Positions 1-9,989 of a DNA stretch of 64,000 bases are shown one piece after another. Every line of letters begins with the position of its first letter. Position 1 is the stretch's first letter. This DNA comes from Paludibacteraceae bacterium (GTDB lineage Bacteria; Bacteroidota; Bacteroidia; Bacteroidales; Paludibacteraceae): positions 22,899-86,898 of the forward strand of contig JAFYWK010000008.1 of assembly GCA_017558065.1 (NCBI GenBank), read 5' to 3'. Under the pieces are notes generated by a model. That model did no database searches. It was not told where the DNA came from and saw only the letters and a program-made list of their open reading frames with translations. Made by a program: the position numbers and the translations under genes.

Positions 1-474
1 CATCATAATAGAGGACTCGGTGATAAAATAACCATCGTGGTTATCATCCATACCCACTACATAGTCGTTGCCATACCATACAGGAGCATCGAAATCTTGA
101 CCCAAGTTGATAATCTCATTACCGTTGAGGTCGCAAATAGCTGTACCCTTCTTGGTATTGAAGAGAATCATCGTTTGGTCTGGTGAGAGCGATGACCAGA
201 TGTAGTTGACATCGCCGTGAGGTTTGAGCACAATGCGCTCACCATTGCGATAGAGATTGAGATCCAGATTCTCGTTATCTACGCGAAGCGCTGCATTATC
301 TTCTGCAATTGCTCGATAATTCGCATTGGTGTGCGTAAGATACGTAATCGTTTCTGAATCCACAAAACGAGGTGAATAACCTTCGCCAATGCGTGTATCG
401 CTAAGAACACGTATGTCTGCACTCAACGAGAGAGCCACGCAGACCATTGCGATAAAAGTAAAGAGTTTTTTCAT
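1..474 (-). CDS. secreted hypothetical protein, N-terminal part only (gene runs off the left edge); possibly beta-propeller/TolB-like
   Basis: Truncated, so absent from the ORF track. The minus-strand frame opens with ATG at 474-472 (MKKLFTFIAMVCVALSLSADIRVLSDTRIGEGYSPRF...VVGMDDNHDGYFITESSIMM) and is still open at base 1. It has a hydrophobic signal peptide. It starts 29 nt after the stop of the 504..2804 gene on the same strand. Confidence 0.6.
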   Translation of the reverse strand, partial: MKKLFTFIAMVCVALSLSADIRVLSDTRIGEGYSPRFVDSETITYLTHTNANYRAIAEDNAALRVDNENLDLNLYRNGERIVLKPHGDVNYIWSSLSPDQTMILFNTKKGTAICDLNGNEIINLGQDFDAPVWYGNDYVVGMDDNHDGYFITESSIMM

Positions 475-503
475 AAAAGTATTATTTTGTTGTTTAATAT
501 GGT

Positions 504-2804
504 TCAACGTTGAGTGCCAAGGATGGTGTATGTATGTCCATTATGGCGAATGAAGAGCTGACCGTTCTCAAGGAACTTGGTGAGTTGCTGGGTGGCAGTA
601 GTATGCTCCACACCGGTACCTACGCCTGATTTTTCACCATAAATTTGGTAAATACCCGGCAGGGTAACGTAACGTTCTCCCTTCTCGGTAGAGGTATTGA
701 GGAAGCATTTCACCAATTCGAAATGCAATGGCCAAATAGCCACGTCTGTACCGAAATAGTGCTCTACTGGGATATCCAACACAAATTCGCTCGCACCATT
801 CGGTTCGATAGTGATGTTCACGCCTTGAAGTGCATTGTTAGCACGTACCGTCGCATAAACCTTACTAAAAATAGCATCTGTAGTCATAGGAATACGGATG
901 GTATCTGGGCGCGAATAGATTGGAGCATCGCGCTCAAATTGGATGTAAGGACTACGAGCAGACTTGTATGTAAAGAGCAAATTAACTGGTGCATCTGCTT
1001 CCTCGGGCACTATAAGCCCAGGGTTAAAACCAGAAGAGCCTTTGAGTTTCCAGTTACTTGCAATGCGGAAGTCATCCCACAGCATCTCGTTACCTGTAGG
1101 AATCTCCACATTCACCAAGATGGTATCGCGGAAATCGCCCAACTCGCCAATTACCAACGTAGAACCATTGGCAACACCTACTACAATACCAGTCTCGTCC
1201 ACAGTTGCTATTTCTGGATGGAGCGATGTCCATGTCAGAGCGGCTGGAAGAAGGTCGATTGTAGCGTTGTTCACTGTGCCTTGTACCTCTATCTCATATG
1301 GGTGAGTAGCATCACATAGCACGGAGTCCAAGCGAATAGCGATAGGCGCAGAAGTCATCAGGCGCACCTCTAATTGGGTAGCAATATCACCCAGATGCGC
1401 ATGCAAGATACCACCGTTCTCGCCAGACGCCAAGAAACGACCATCTTCGAGAATCTCACCCAATGCAGGGTCGCATGAGAGAGTAACACCCTGCACATCC
1501 GTATCAATCATCACACCATATTTATTGTAACCCAAGAACTTAGGCAACGCTACACCATAACGAGGCAATGAGTAAATAGGCATATAAGGTGCTATAGATG
1601 CGATGGTATTGTCCACCTCTGGCACATCAGCTACAGCAAACATACCATTGCCACAAGCGCGCTCAGAGCCGTCCGATCCATTGTTCATCTGACCCAAATT
1701 GCGCACATAGATGCAGGAGCTTCCGCCGCCGTCCCAGTTAACGGCATTGTAGGCGCCATAGTGCTTGAGCATCTCACCCAGCACCTTGGTATTACAACCT
1801 GCGCTGTTGATGCTACGGCCATCTACTACCAACATATATACGGTGTCGCGTGTATACGAAGTACCGAAACCTGTACGTGGGTGAAGTTCGTTCCAAAAGC
1901 CATCCTGTACGATGACACCATTGTGCAAGATTTGGTTGTAATTGTCCGAACCAATCGCTTGGGCAATATTCACCAATTCGCCATCGAACTTAATTTCAAA
2001 ATCGAGGGTCAGTTGGTCACCTACATTGAGTTTGTTGAGCTCTGCCGCCATCGTGCCATGGCCAGAAAGAACGGCATATTCTTTGGAGAGTGGCATCGAA
2101 CCTACCTGCTGCTCCACCTTTACCACTTTGGCCTTCATCACACCTGTGGTATTCCACTCTTCCCCTTCCAACAATTGGATTTGAACCTCAGTACCATATG
2201 CATTGGTAGCAGTAGTAGCACCGTTGAGGTGATTGTAGAGCACCAATTCGTTTTCAAGGCGATTATAATTGGCGTGCGCAATATTCAATGTCGTATCCGC
2301 CAAAACGAGCTTCATAGAAATAGTGTGCTGTACGGCAGTGATACCCCTACCCTCTGCGTCAATCGCGCCCAAGCGACGTGCAGTACGGTTGGCTACAGGC
2401 GTGTGCGCATACTCTTTGTTGACAATCGTCGTGCTGACAGGCAGACCTACATCGCCTTGTGTGACAAAGAAGTCGCCATTCGAACCAGCAAAAAAGATCT
2501 TATTATCTGTGGTGCTGCGAATTGCCATATTAGATGGGCGCTCAGTACCGATAATCTTGCCTGAACCTAACGCCTGCTCTACATGCACATATGGATTGCG
2601 GGTATCCACCGCAAGCAGAAAAGCATCCATGCGTCCTTTGGCATCGCTGGCGCGAAGGAAGCGTAACTCATAATAGGTAGTACCAGGACCTGCAGGGTAC
2701 ATAGACAGGGTGTCAATCGTGTACTCCACGCCATTCAAATGAATATTGGCAAAGGATAATACACTAACGCAAATAGCGAAAATAGAAAGTAGAATTTTCT
2801 TCAT
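504..2804 (-). CDS. phosphodiester glycosidase family protein (NAGPA/DUF2233-like) with Big_2-type Ig domain and T9SS-type C-terminal tail
   Basis: 766-aa ORF with signal peptide MKKILLSIFAICVSVLSFA. Motifs FAGSNGDFF and AVNWDGGGSS are typical of this family. There is an Ig-like segment TWTSLHPEIATVDETGIVVGVANGSTLVIG. The tail ...ENGQLFIRHNGHTYTILGTQR resembles the tails of other secreted proteins here. Confidence 0.75.
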   Translation of the reverse strand: MKKILLSIFAICVSVLSFANIHLNGVEYTIDTLSMYPAGPGTTYYELRFLRASDAKGRMDAFLLAVDTRNPYVHVEQALGSGKIIGTERPSNMAIRSTTDNKIFFAGSNGDFFVTQGDVGLPVSTTIVNKEYAHTPVANRTARRLGAIDAEGRGITAVQHTISMKLVLADTTLNIAHANYNRLENELVLYNHLNGATTATNAYGTEVQIQLLEGEEWNTTGVMKAKVVKVEQQVGSMPLSKEYAVLSGHGTMAAELNKLNVGDQLTLDFEIKFDGELVNIAQAIGSDNYNQILHNGVIVQDGFWNELHPRTGFGTSYTRDTVYMLVVDGRSINSAGCNTKVLGEMLKHYGAYNAVNWDGGGSSCIYVRNLGQMNNGSDGSERACGNGMFAVADVPEVDNTIASIAPYMPIYSLPRYGVALPKFLGYNKYGVMIDTDVQGVTLSCDPALGEILEDGRFLASGENGGILHAHLGDIATQLEVRLMTSAPIAIRLDSVLCDATHPYEIEVQGTVNNATIDLLPAALTWTSLHPEIATVDETGIVVGVANGSTLVIGELGDFRDTILVNVEIPTGNEMLWDDFRIASNWKLKGSSGFNPGLIVPEEADAPVNLLFTYKSARSPYIQFERDAPIYSRPDTIRIPMTTDAIFSKVYATVRANNALQGVNITIEPNGASEFVLDIPVEHYFGTDVAIWPLHFELVKCFLNTSTEKGERYVTLPGIYQIYGEKSGVGTGVEHTTATQQLTKFLENGQLFIRHNGHTYTILGTQR

Positions 2805-2851
2805 GGTATAAATGATTTACTATAAAATACACAATAATTGCAATTTGCGTG

Positions 2852-2859
2852 CAAAGTTA
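2852..2859 (-). promoter_or_regulatory. candidate Bacteroidota -7 promoter box (TAACTTTG on minus strand)
   Basis: Plus-strand caaagtta is TAACTTTG on the minus strand and matches the TAnnTTTG consensus. It lies about 48 nt upstream of the ATG at 2804. Confidence 0.45.
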
Positions 2860-2947
2860 CTACTTTTTTTTGAATTATGCAAACGTTTGTGATTTTTTTA
2901 TGAAAAAGATTATAGCTGAGGTTTTTTTTATTTTTCTATGATCTGTT

Positions 2948-2980
2948 CCGTTACCACTCCGTTACCACTCGGTTACCACC
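2948..2980. repeat. 3 x 11-bp tandem repeat (CCGTTACCACT CCGTTACCACT CGGTTACCACC)
   Basis: Read directly from the sequence. Intergenic, between the 3197..5650 and 504..2804 genes. Confidence 0.9.
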
Positions 2981-3139
2981 CTGCATATCCTTGCCCCACC
3001 CTCACTGACGCACGAGAAATTTGGGGTAATTTTCTGTAACATACTGCAATTTTAGTAGTGAATCAGGTAATTTTCGTCAATTTTTGGCTTAATTTTCTAT
3101 AATTTTTGTTTTAAAAATATTCCTTGCTTTTTAGTGGAC

Positions 3140-3168
3140 AAAAAAAGGAGTGTGCCGAAGCACACTCC
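3140..3168 (-). terminator. rho-independent terminator of the 3197..5650 gene
   Basis: Perfect 9-bp stem ggagtgtgc/gcacactcc with loop cgaa. On the minus strand it is followed by a T-run (plus-strand aaaaaaa at 3140-3146). It sits 29 nt past the stop codon. Confidence 0.75.
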
Positions 3169-3196
3169 CATATGAAGGTTATTTCTTCGTTAAGAA

Positions 3197-5650
3197 TTAC
3201 TTAACCTCAGCACCGAGAACATTGTATTTAACGCCGTTCTTGAGGATGATTACTTGACCATTCTCAATCATCTTGCGTGCACCAAGTTCTACCTCTACGT
3301 TCTCAACGCCAGTCTCAGGACCTACGTAGTCTGGGTCAACGATGAACTTGTAAACACCATAACCGTTGTCGTTAGCATAGAGATAGATAGTAGCAGTGTT
3401 GCCATCAACCTCTACAGAAGGCACAGCAGTACGGCAGCCGTTAGTTGCAGAACCCAAACCATTATTTGGGAAGTACCACAATGGCTCAAGACCGTCGAAG
3501 CTACGAGCCTCGTCAGCGAACTTGTAGAGACCGAATGCTGAAGGAGGAGCAGATGGAGTGTGGGTAGCAATCATTACCATGAAGTACTCATCACCTACTT
3601 GGAACTCTTGGAGACCATTCAAACCTTGATGCAACTTGGTGGTGTCACCTGGGTTGTTCCACAATGCGGTACCAGCAGGGCACTTGATGAAGTCTTCCAC
3701 CAACATACCACCCTCGTCAATGAGAGTAGGCAAGGTATTGAAACCATCTACGTAGAAGAGTGCTCCGTACTCATCTTGTGGGAAGATTTGAGGTGCAGTA
3801 CCCCAACCACCTACGAGTTCGCCTTGAGCATTGATGAGGTGAGACTTATCTGACTCAGCATCAATAAGAAGAGAAATCATCTCACCTTGACCAACCTCAC
3901 CGTCCTCAATGAGCCAACGATAAGAGTTGAATGTACCAGTAGCATCAGCTGCCATGATACAAGCGTTACCATATACATCACCGTTTACACCGAATGCGTC
4001 GAAACGGCAAGCGATCTCAGCATAGTCAGGGTTGTCACCCAATTTCTCATCAATGAGCAACTCAGCAGCACCAGTCTCCAGATCTACTACGTAAACCATG
4101 AAGTGTTGGTTTTGGCTTGTGATACAGCCAGAGATCAAGCAGTTACCCTCGCTATCAAACTTGATGTCGTTATATTTCAAAGTAACACCATCACCCCATG
4201 TGCCATCCTCGTTCTCAACCAAGAAGAGGTTCTCACCAGTAATCTTAATTGGCTCAAGCATATCGCCTGTAGCACCGTCCACGCGAACGATAGACTCAGT
4301 CTCGCGGTTGATGAAGTACATGATACCGTCTTTAGCAGCCATACCACGAACAAAACCAGTACCACCAGGTTTGTTAGCAGCATAGTTCTCCTCTACTACA
4401 GAGATTACCCATTGGTTCTCGAGGTTGTATTTACCATGACGTTGTGGGTAAGCATAAGTATCTTTCTTACCAGCGATTGGGCGAATGATACCAGCCACAT
4501 CACCTACGAATTGGAAGGCATTGTAGTAAGCAGCAACAGCGGTAATAGTAACCTTGCAACCTACTGGGAATGCAGCAGGATCAAGTACCATCTTGTAGCA
4601 CTTAACAGAGTTCATACCGTCAGAAACGGTTGGGTTGTTGTAAGAGTCATACTCAGTGATAACCAAACCAGGAACGGTAACGAGTTGACCGAAGTATTTA
4701 AACTCAGTGTCAGATACGAGTGCAGTAAGGTTCTCGAAGTTAATAGGAGCAGGCAAAGTAGCGTCTTCTACATCCACCTCAACGCAGCTCTTCACCTCAG
4801 GAGCACCACCGTAGAGCACCTTGGTACCCTTAACGATAACCTTTTGGCTAGCAGTAAAAGTAGGGTTCTCTTTCATGTAGAGCAACATACCACCAGTAGC
4901 GTCTTGGATATATACGTTCTTACCTTGGATGAAAGTAACCACACCAGATACTTGAGTCTCGGTGTCATCTGCCATAGCTTTTACCTCAGCGATAGTAGGT
5001 ACATAGTCAATCCACTTAGCGTAAAGAGTGCCAGTAGTTTCTGGAGTCAACACTTTCACTTTAGCGCCAGTGAGTTCAGCGTTGGTGCACCAGCCAGCGA
5101 AGGTGTAACCCTCTTTGTAAGGAGCATTGAGAACAAACTCGCCTTCTGTAATCTCAGTTGGGTTAGCGAAAGCGTGCTTCCATGCTGGAATATAAGCCTC
5201 GTCTTTACCTGCTTGTGAGAAGTCTGCAGATACAGGCCAAGAAGCACGTTTGCTCTCCAAGAAGAAAGCTGCTACAGCATAACGCCAGCCAGCAGAAGTA
5301 GTACCTTCTACAAGAGCAGTAGCACCACCACTTTGCCCTACAGTAGGATCATTGTTTTGAACGTTCATGATGTAAGCCTCGAGCCAGTCCCATTTCTCAG
5401 CACTCAACATGCCTGAAACGTCTGTCAACTTACCGCAGATGGTAGTGAAAGAGCCATCACCAGCAGCTTTCAACTCATCGAGAGTAGCCAAACCAGTAAC
5501 ACCACAATCAGCCATACATGCTTGGAACATGTCGTTTTTGTTCAACCAATTGTCGTCATTGGTCACACCACCGTTGAGCTCGTAAGTAACGGCAGCAAAT
5601 GATGTTGCAGCTGCAAAAAGAGCTGCGCAAAAGATTGAAAATCTTTTCAT
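3197..5650 (-). CDS. secreted protein of unknown function with T9SS-type tail (Listeria-Bacteroides-type repeat, OB-fold-like module, probable beta-propeller)
   Basis: 817-aa ORF with signal peptide MKRFSIFCAALFAAATSFA. YKEGYTFAGWCTNAELTGAKV resembles the Flg_new/InlB-B repeat. SGVVTFIQGKNVYIQDATGGMLLY resembles OB-fold modules of secreted nucleases. Tail is ...ENGQVIILKNGVKYNVLGAEVK. Codon usage is strongly optimised. Confidence 0.7.
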   Translation of the reverse strand: MKRFSIFCAALFAAATSFAAVTYELNGGVTNDDNWLNKNDMFQACMADCGVTGLATLDELKAAGDGSFTTICGKLTDVSGMLSAEKWDWLEAYIMNVQNNDPTVGQSGGATALVEGTTSAGWRYAVAAFFLESKRASWPVSADFSQAGKDEAYIPAWKHAFANPTEITEGEFVLNAPYKEGYTFAGWCTNAELTGAKVKVLTPETTGTLYAKWIDYVPTIAEVKAMADDTETQVSGVVTFIQGKNVYIQDATGGMLLYMKENPTFTASQKVIVKGTKVLYGGAPEVKSCVEVDVEDATLPAPINFENLTALVSDTEFKYFGQLVTVPGLVITEYDSYNNPTVSDGMNSVKCYKMVLDPAAFPVGCKVTITAVAAYYNAFQFVGDVAGIIRPIAGKKDTYAYPQRHGKYNLENQWVISVVEENYAANKPGGTGFVRGMAAKDGIMYFINRETESIVRVDGATGDMLEPIKITGENLFLVENEDGTWGDGVTLKYNDIKFDSEGNCLISGCITSQNQHFMVYVVDLETGAAELLIDEKLGDNPDYAEIACRFDAFGVNGDVYGNACIMAADATGTFNSYRWLIEDGEVGQGEMISLLIDAESDKSHLINAQGELVGGWGTAPQIFPQDEYGALFYVDGFNTLPTLIDEGGMLVEDFIKCPAGTALWNNPGDTTKLHQGLNGLQEFQVGDEYFMVMIATHTPSAPPSAFGLYKFADEARSFDGLEPLWYFPNNGLGSATNGCRTAVPSVEVDGNTATIYLYANDNGYGVYKFIVDPDYVGPETGVENVEVELGARKMIENGQVIILKNGVKYNVLGAEVK

Positions 5651-5754
5651 AAAATTGTTGTTTTTTTTGGTTAATAAATTGCTTCCTCATCCGTTGTGGA
5701 CACGTCCACGGTGGACCTTGGTTGCGTTAAGTAAAAATTGTTTATGTTTTTTTG

Positions 5755-8274
5755 TTATTGTGCTTTGTTGCCCAATAAAGAATAGCGTTGCCCGTTGCGA
5801 TAGATAACCACCTGACCGTTCTCAATCACCTTGGTAGGCGATGTGCTAATAGTTGGATTCTCGACATCGGTCAACGATGAGTCCATCGTAAATGTAACCA
5901 CTTCTGAGTATTCGGTCCATCCACCCTCTTTGGCTGCCTCTACACGTACATACCATACACCATCAGCAATACCGTCATAGGTATATTCATAACACTGCGC
6001 ATCTGTGCGGAAGCGCTTGGTTTGACGGCTTGGGAAATTTTCCTTTTGCGAGAACTCCACTTGGAATCCAGAGGACTGCTGTTGTTTCCAGCGCACAGTG
6101 ACCGATTGACCGCCAATCACCTCACCAGAAGTTGGAGCGATAATCTCAGGTACAGGCACTGGCAGAGCCAATGTGCGGAATTTCACGGCATCGGATTCCA
6201 CCACCACATTATTGAATCGAACCGTAGCACGCACAAAATAGTTCTTCGATGCCAGAAGCACCATTTCGGGTAGCGTGATTCTTGGAGTAGCAGAAGTGCC
6301 CGTAAAGAGGATATCCTCCTTGTCGAACGCTGATGCGTTAGCCACTTCAAAGGTGTATTCTGCACCGTCGATAGCCACGCTGTCGCATACAAAAGTAGGA
6401 GTAAGCGTTTGCACCGTGTCACCCTCCGCAGGAGAAATCACGTGGAAGAAACCACCGCGGAAAGAATAGATATCTGAATACGTATCTTTCTTATTGATAC
6501 TACGTGTGCTCACGCGCCAATAGTAAGTCTCTTCAGAATCCAACCAATAGACAGAACCAAGGAAGAAGGTAGTATCCACAGTCTCACGCTCGTAGTCCAC
6601 CGTAGAGAAGTCAGCTGACTTAGATAGTTGGAAGAAATACGAGTCCGCCTCTGGTGCTGCATTCCACGAAGCATAGCATGGAAGGAGTACATCGGTATCG
6701 TTGTTCGCAGGATAGAGCAAGGTAGCCGCATCGGACTTGCCCCATGTGGTATTGTCCATTGTGCGAGCAGGGAACTCGTTGCCAAAACGATCAAGGACTG
6801 CTACGGCAAACGTGATAGGTGTACCCTCTACAATACTCTTATCACCCAATTCAAAGAAAGTACCATAGGTCGTACCAAGCAAATATTGACTGGTTCCTGC
6901 AGCACCTATTTGACCAATCTTGTTGGTAGGAATAGCATATACCGCATAACGCAAGTTATCCGCAGGAGCATCCCATGTCAGCGCGCCACCATTGTCCTTA
7001 ATATTGCTCACATATAGGCAATCGTCGGTGCGGTACCATGTCATCTGTGGCACGAGTGCAGGCAGATAGGTAGCGTTATCACGGATATGTCCGATAAAGG
7101 TCTTTACGGAACGCATCTTGTTGAGACCATACCAGCAGAAACCAGGTGCGCCAAAACGGTCGTAGTGACGATTAAGATTGATTTGATCCACAATCTCCGA
7201 AGCATGGAAAGTGGTGGAGGTGGTGGTGACATTATCTTTCACCATATCGCTCAGACTTTGGCTCACATACATGTGACGACCGAAGTGTCCTGCCATATCC
7301 GACCACCAACGGGTGAGTTGGTCATAGTCAGAAGACGAACCAATCTTCCAATACACCTGTGGTGCCATATAGTCGATGGTATGCTCGTTGTACCACGCCA
7401 GTGGGTCCGCATAGATGCCATTGTATTGCCAGTCGCCACCGATAGGCGAAGGCTCTACACCATACTTGTCGGCAGAAGCACCTGCTTTACCCGCAGGACC
7501 AAGACCAAAAGTCACCCAAGGTTTGATTGCCTTGATGGTGTCATTGACCATACGAATCATCAGGTTGTTCTGTGCGCGACGCCAATCTGCACGCGACATG
7601 CCATTGGCAGTGGCGTTGTATTGCTCATTGTCATACTCATCCTTATAGCCCGATTGGTGGAAATAGTCATCGAAGATGACACCATCGATGTCGTAGTTCT
7701 CCACGATGTCTGCCACCACTTTGCATATTTGCTCGCGCACCTCTGGAAGAGCAGGGTTGAGAATGGTGATACCACCACAATTGACGAGCCACTCTGGGTG
7801 GGTATTGTGATAATCCTTCTCGTGGTTCTTGCCATAGGTATCATCGGAGCTGGAATAGCGATATGGGTTCATCCACACATGCACCTCGATACCCTTGTAG
7901 TGCGCATAGTCGATGAGCAATGCCAGCGGGTCGTAGTTAGGTGCTTTGCCGCGTGTGCCTGTGAGGTACTTGCTCCAAGGTTCGTACTTGGAATTGTACA
8001 TCGCGTCGGAGAAACCACGCACTTGGAAAAGCACAGCGTTCATATTGGCTTTAGCCAGCGAGTCCACTACTGCAATGAGCTCTTGTTGCTGTGCCTGTTG
8101 TCCAGATGCATCGGAGCGGCTGTGCGACACTGGCCAGTCTATTGCCCACACTGTGGTGAGCCATGAGCAACGAAACTCACGCTTAGGAGGCAGTTGGTCA
8201 CGGGTTTGTGCTTGGAGCGATAGCACCAAACACAAACCTATGACAAGTAGCGATATTCTATTGACAAACTTCAT
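5755..8274 (-). CDS. glycoside hydrolase-like family 10 (GHL10/DUF187) protein with C-terminal Ig/FN3-like repeats and T9SS-type tail
   Basis: 839-aa ORF with a signal peptide. Family hallmarks are present: FRCSWLTTVWAIDWP, NAVLFQVRGFSDAMYNSKYEPWSKYLTG, DPLALLIDYAHYKGIEVHVWMNPYR. Tail is ...ENGQVVIYRNGQRYSLLGNKAQ. The ATG overlaps the upstream stop (TAATG). Confidence 0.8.
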   Translation of the reverse strand: MKFVNRISLLVIGLCLVLSLQAQTRDQLPPKREFRCSWLTTVWAIDWPVSHSRSDASGQQAQQQELIAVVDSLAKANMNAVLFQVRGFSDAMYNSKYEPWSKYLTGTRGKAPNYDPLALLIDYAHYKGIEVHVWMNPYRYSSSDDTYGKNHEKDYHNTHPEWLVNCGGITILNPALPEVREQICKVVADIVENYDIDGVIFDDYFHQSGYKDEYDNEQYNATANGMSRADWRRAQNNLMIRMVNDTIKAIKPWVTFGLGPAGKAGASADKYGVEPSPIGGDWQYNGIYADPLAWYNEHTIDYMAPQVYWKIGSSSDYDQLTRWWSDMAGHFGRHMYVSQSLSDMVKDNVTTTSTTFHASEIVDQINLNRHYDRFGAPGFCWYGLNKMRSVKTFIGHIRDNATYLPALVPQMTWYRTDDCLYVSNIKDNGGALTWDAPADNLRYAVYAIPTNKIGQIGAAGTSQYLLGTTYGTFFELGDKSIVEGTPITFAVAVLDRFGNEFPARTMDNTTWGKSDAATLLYPANNDTDVLLPCYASWNAAPEADSYFFQLSKSADFSTVDYERETVDTTFFLGSVYWLDSEETYYWRVSTRSINKKDTYSDIYSFRGGFFHVISPAEGDTVQTLTPTFVCDSVAIDGAEYTFEVANASAFDKEDILFTGTSATPRITLPEMVLLASKNYFVRATVRFNNVVVESDAVKFRTLALPVPVPEIIAPTSGEVIGGQSVTVRWKQQQSSGFQVEFSQKENFPSRQTKRFRTDAQCYEYTYDGIADGVWYVRVEAAKEGGWTEYSEVVTFTMDSSLTDVENPTISTSPTKVIENGQVVIYRNGQRYSLLGNKAQ

Positions 8275-9965
8275 TAGAAGAGTTTTGTAGGAATGTTATT
8301 AATCACCATACCATATACATTGCCACTCTCAAGTACTGACTCAATCTTATCGGTTTTACAATTGTAGCGATAGATACCAGTAGGAGCGCAAGTAGCATCA
8401 TTATGGGTATTACGGAAAGCGAAGTATGCACAATCGTTCACCTCATCGTATGCGATTTGGCAGATAGCAGCGAACTCAGAAGTGTGACCCTCCACAGCAG
8501 CAGGCGAACCTGTCTTGTTAGGTACGAACTCCAACTCGCCGAACAACTTCTTGTATGGTTTGAGCTCGCTGGCCTTGGTGATAGCATTCAATTCGTCGAT
8601 GGTACATACATAGAAGCCCTCGTTACCTGTACCGAAGAGTGTGAAGCAAATCTTTTTGCTATTGGTAGCATACACAAAGGATTTAGGCAAGAAGCTTGCA
8701 CCCTCCAATGCAATACCTGCCTCTGGTTGAGTACCACCACCAGTAATAGCAGAAAGCAAAATATCGCCATTCTTCCAGCGGAAGATACCTTGACCGTTGT
8801 AGTTCTTGCACCAATACCAGGTATCACCAATCATACCGATAGAGCCACCAATACAACCATATCCCCAACCGTTGTTGTAATAACCGAGGGTAGTATGTTG
8901 TACATAGTATGGGAACTCGCTTGCGCTATACACCGCATCGCGGGTTGAGAGAGGCACTTTGATAACACCCGTGTTACGGTCTGTAAAGTAGAGGTCGTTA
9001 TCAATAATACATCCATAGAATGGGTCTTGGAAAGCAGGACCGCCTGCGTTGGAGATCATCGTCTCAATCTTTGAACCGTCCTTAGCGATGACAGAAATCT
9101 TACCATCGCCACCATTGGCTTGCGCATCTTCGTTCTGGAAGTACCACGCAGTACCTGCATCCAACACGTAGAGTGAAGGTTCCTTGTAGAGGAGGGTGAA
9201 TGGGTGTTCACCAGAAGCGAGACCCAAGTCGAATGGATAAATATCCATATCCTCTGGTTTGTCGCTGATGAGTTTGTATGCCATGAGGTGACCGCCTTGC
9301 TCAGCATAGTAGAGGGTTGGCACCTCTTTGTTGTAACCTACAGGCACATTGAGTACTGCCTCTTCCAATGCACGACCGTCCATCTTCACCAAGAGACGAA
9401 CCGCTTGCGAACCCACGTTGCCGAAGATAACCTCACCAGGCAGGGTGTCAGATGAAGTCTCCATCACTTCGCCTGCTACACTCTTGGTACGAGCAGGGAA
9501 AGACCATACATACTCCAGTTTACGGTTCTTAGGGTTAGGAACTTCCAGCGAGAATGATACAGGGGTAGAAAGCACCTCGCAAACACCGCCCTCAATAGGA
9601 TTAACAGAAACCAATGGCTTGATGTCAGAAATCATCAGCACTTGGCTCTTGGTAATACCATTGATAGAGAGTTTCACGTTGTATGTACCAGCCACATCAA
9701 ATGGGTGCAATACGGTATCACCCTCTGCTGTTTTACCATCACCGAAATCCCATACGGCTTTGCCCTCTGTAGGAGAAGTATTGATAAAGGTGACGTCAGA
9801 GTCAATATAGTAATCCAAATTGTAGTCACCATCGATGCGATAGGTGAAAGACACAGGATCGGTAGGCAATTTTTCCACCTCAGGCACATTATCTATACAT
9901 GATGCTGCAAAGAGAGGCAGCAGTGCCATCATACCTATTTTCAACACATTACTTTTCATATTCAT
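8274..9965 (-). CDS. PKD-domain surface lipoprotein (SusE/F-position accessory protein) with propeller-like C-terminal region
   Basis: 563-aa ORF. Lipoprotein signal ...LLPLFAASC. PKD signature WDFGDGKTAEGDTVLHPFDVAGTYNVKLSI. It sits downstream of SusC/SusD. Confidence 0.65.
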   Translation of the reverse strand: MNMKSNVLKIGMMALLPLFAASCIDNVPEVEKLPTDPVSFTYRIDGDYNLDYYIDSDVTFINTSPTEGKAVWDFGDGKTAEGDTVLHPFDVAGTYNVKLSINGITKSQVLMISDIKPLVSVNPIEGGVCEVLSTPVSFSLEVPNPKNRKLEYVWSFPARTKSVAGEVMETSSDTLPGEVIFGNVGSQAVRLLVKMDGRALEEAVLNVPVGYNKEVPTLYYAEQGGHLMAYKLISDKPEDMDIYPFDLGLASGEHPFTLLYKEPSLYVLDAGTAWYFQNEDAQANGGDGKISVIAKDGSKIETMISNAGGPAFQDPFYGCIIDNDLYFTDRNTGVIKVPLSTRDAVYSASEFPYYVQHTTLGYYNNGWGYGCIGGSIGMIGDTWYWCKNYNGQGIFRWKNGDILLSAITGGGTQPEAGIALEGASFLPKSFVYATNSKKICFTLFGTGNEGFYVCTIDELNAITKASELKPYKKLFGELEFVPNKTGSPAAVEGHTSEFAAICQIAYDEVNDCAYFAFRNTHNDATCAPTGIYRYNCKTDKIESVLESGNVYGMVINNIPTKLF

Positions 9966-9989
9966 GTCTATTTATACGGTTATTTACCT

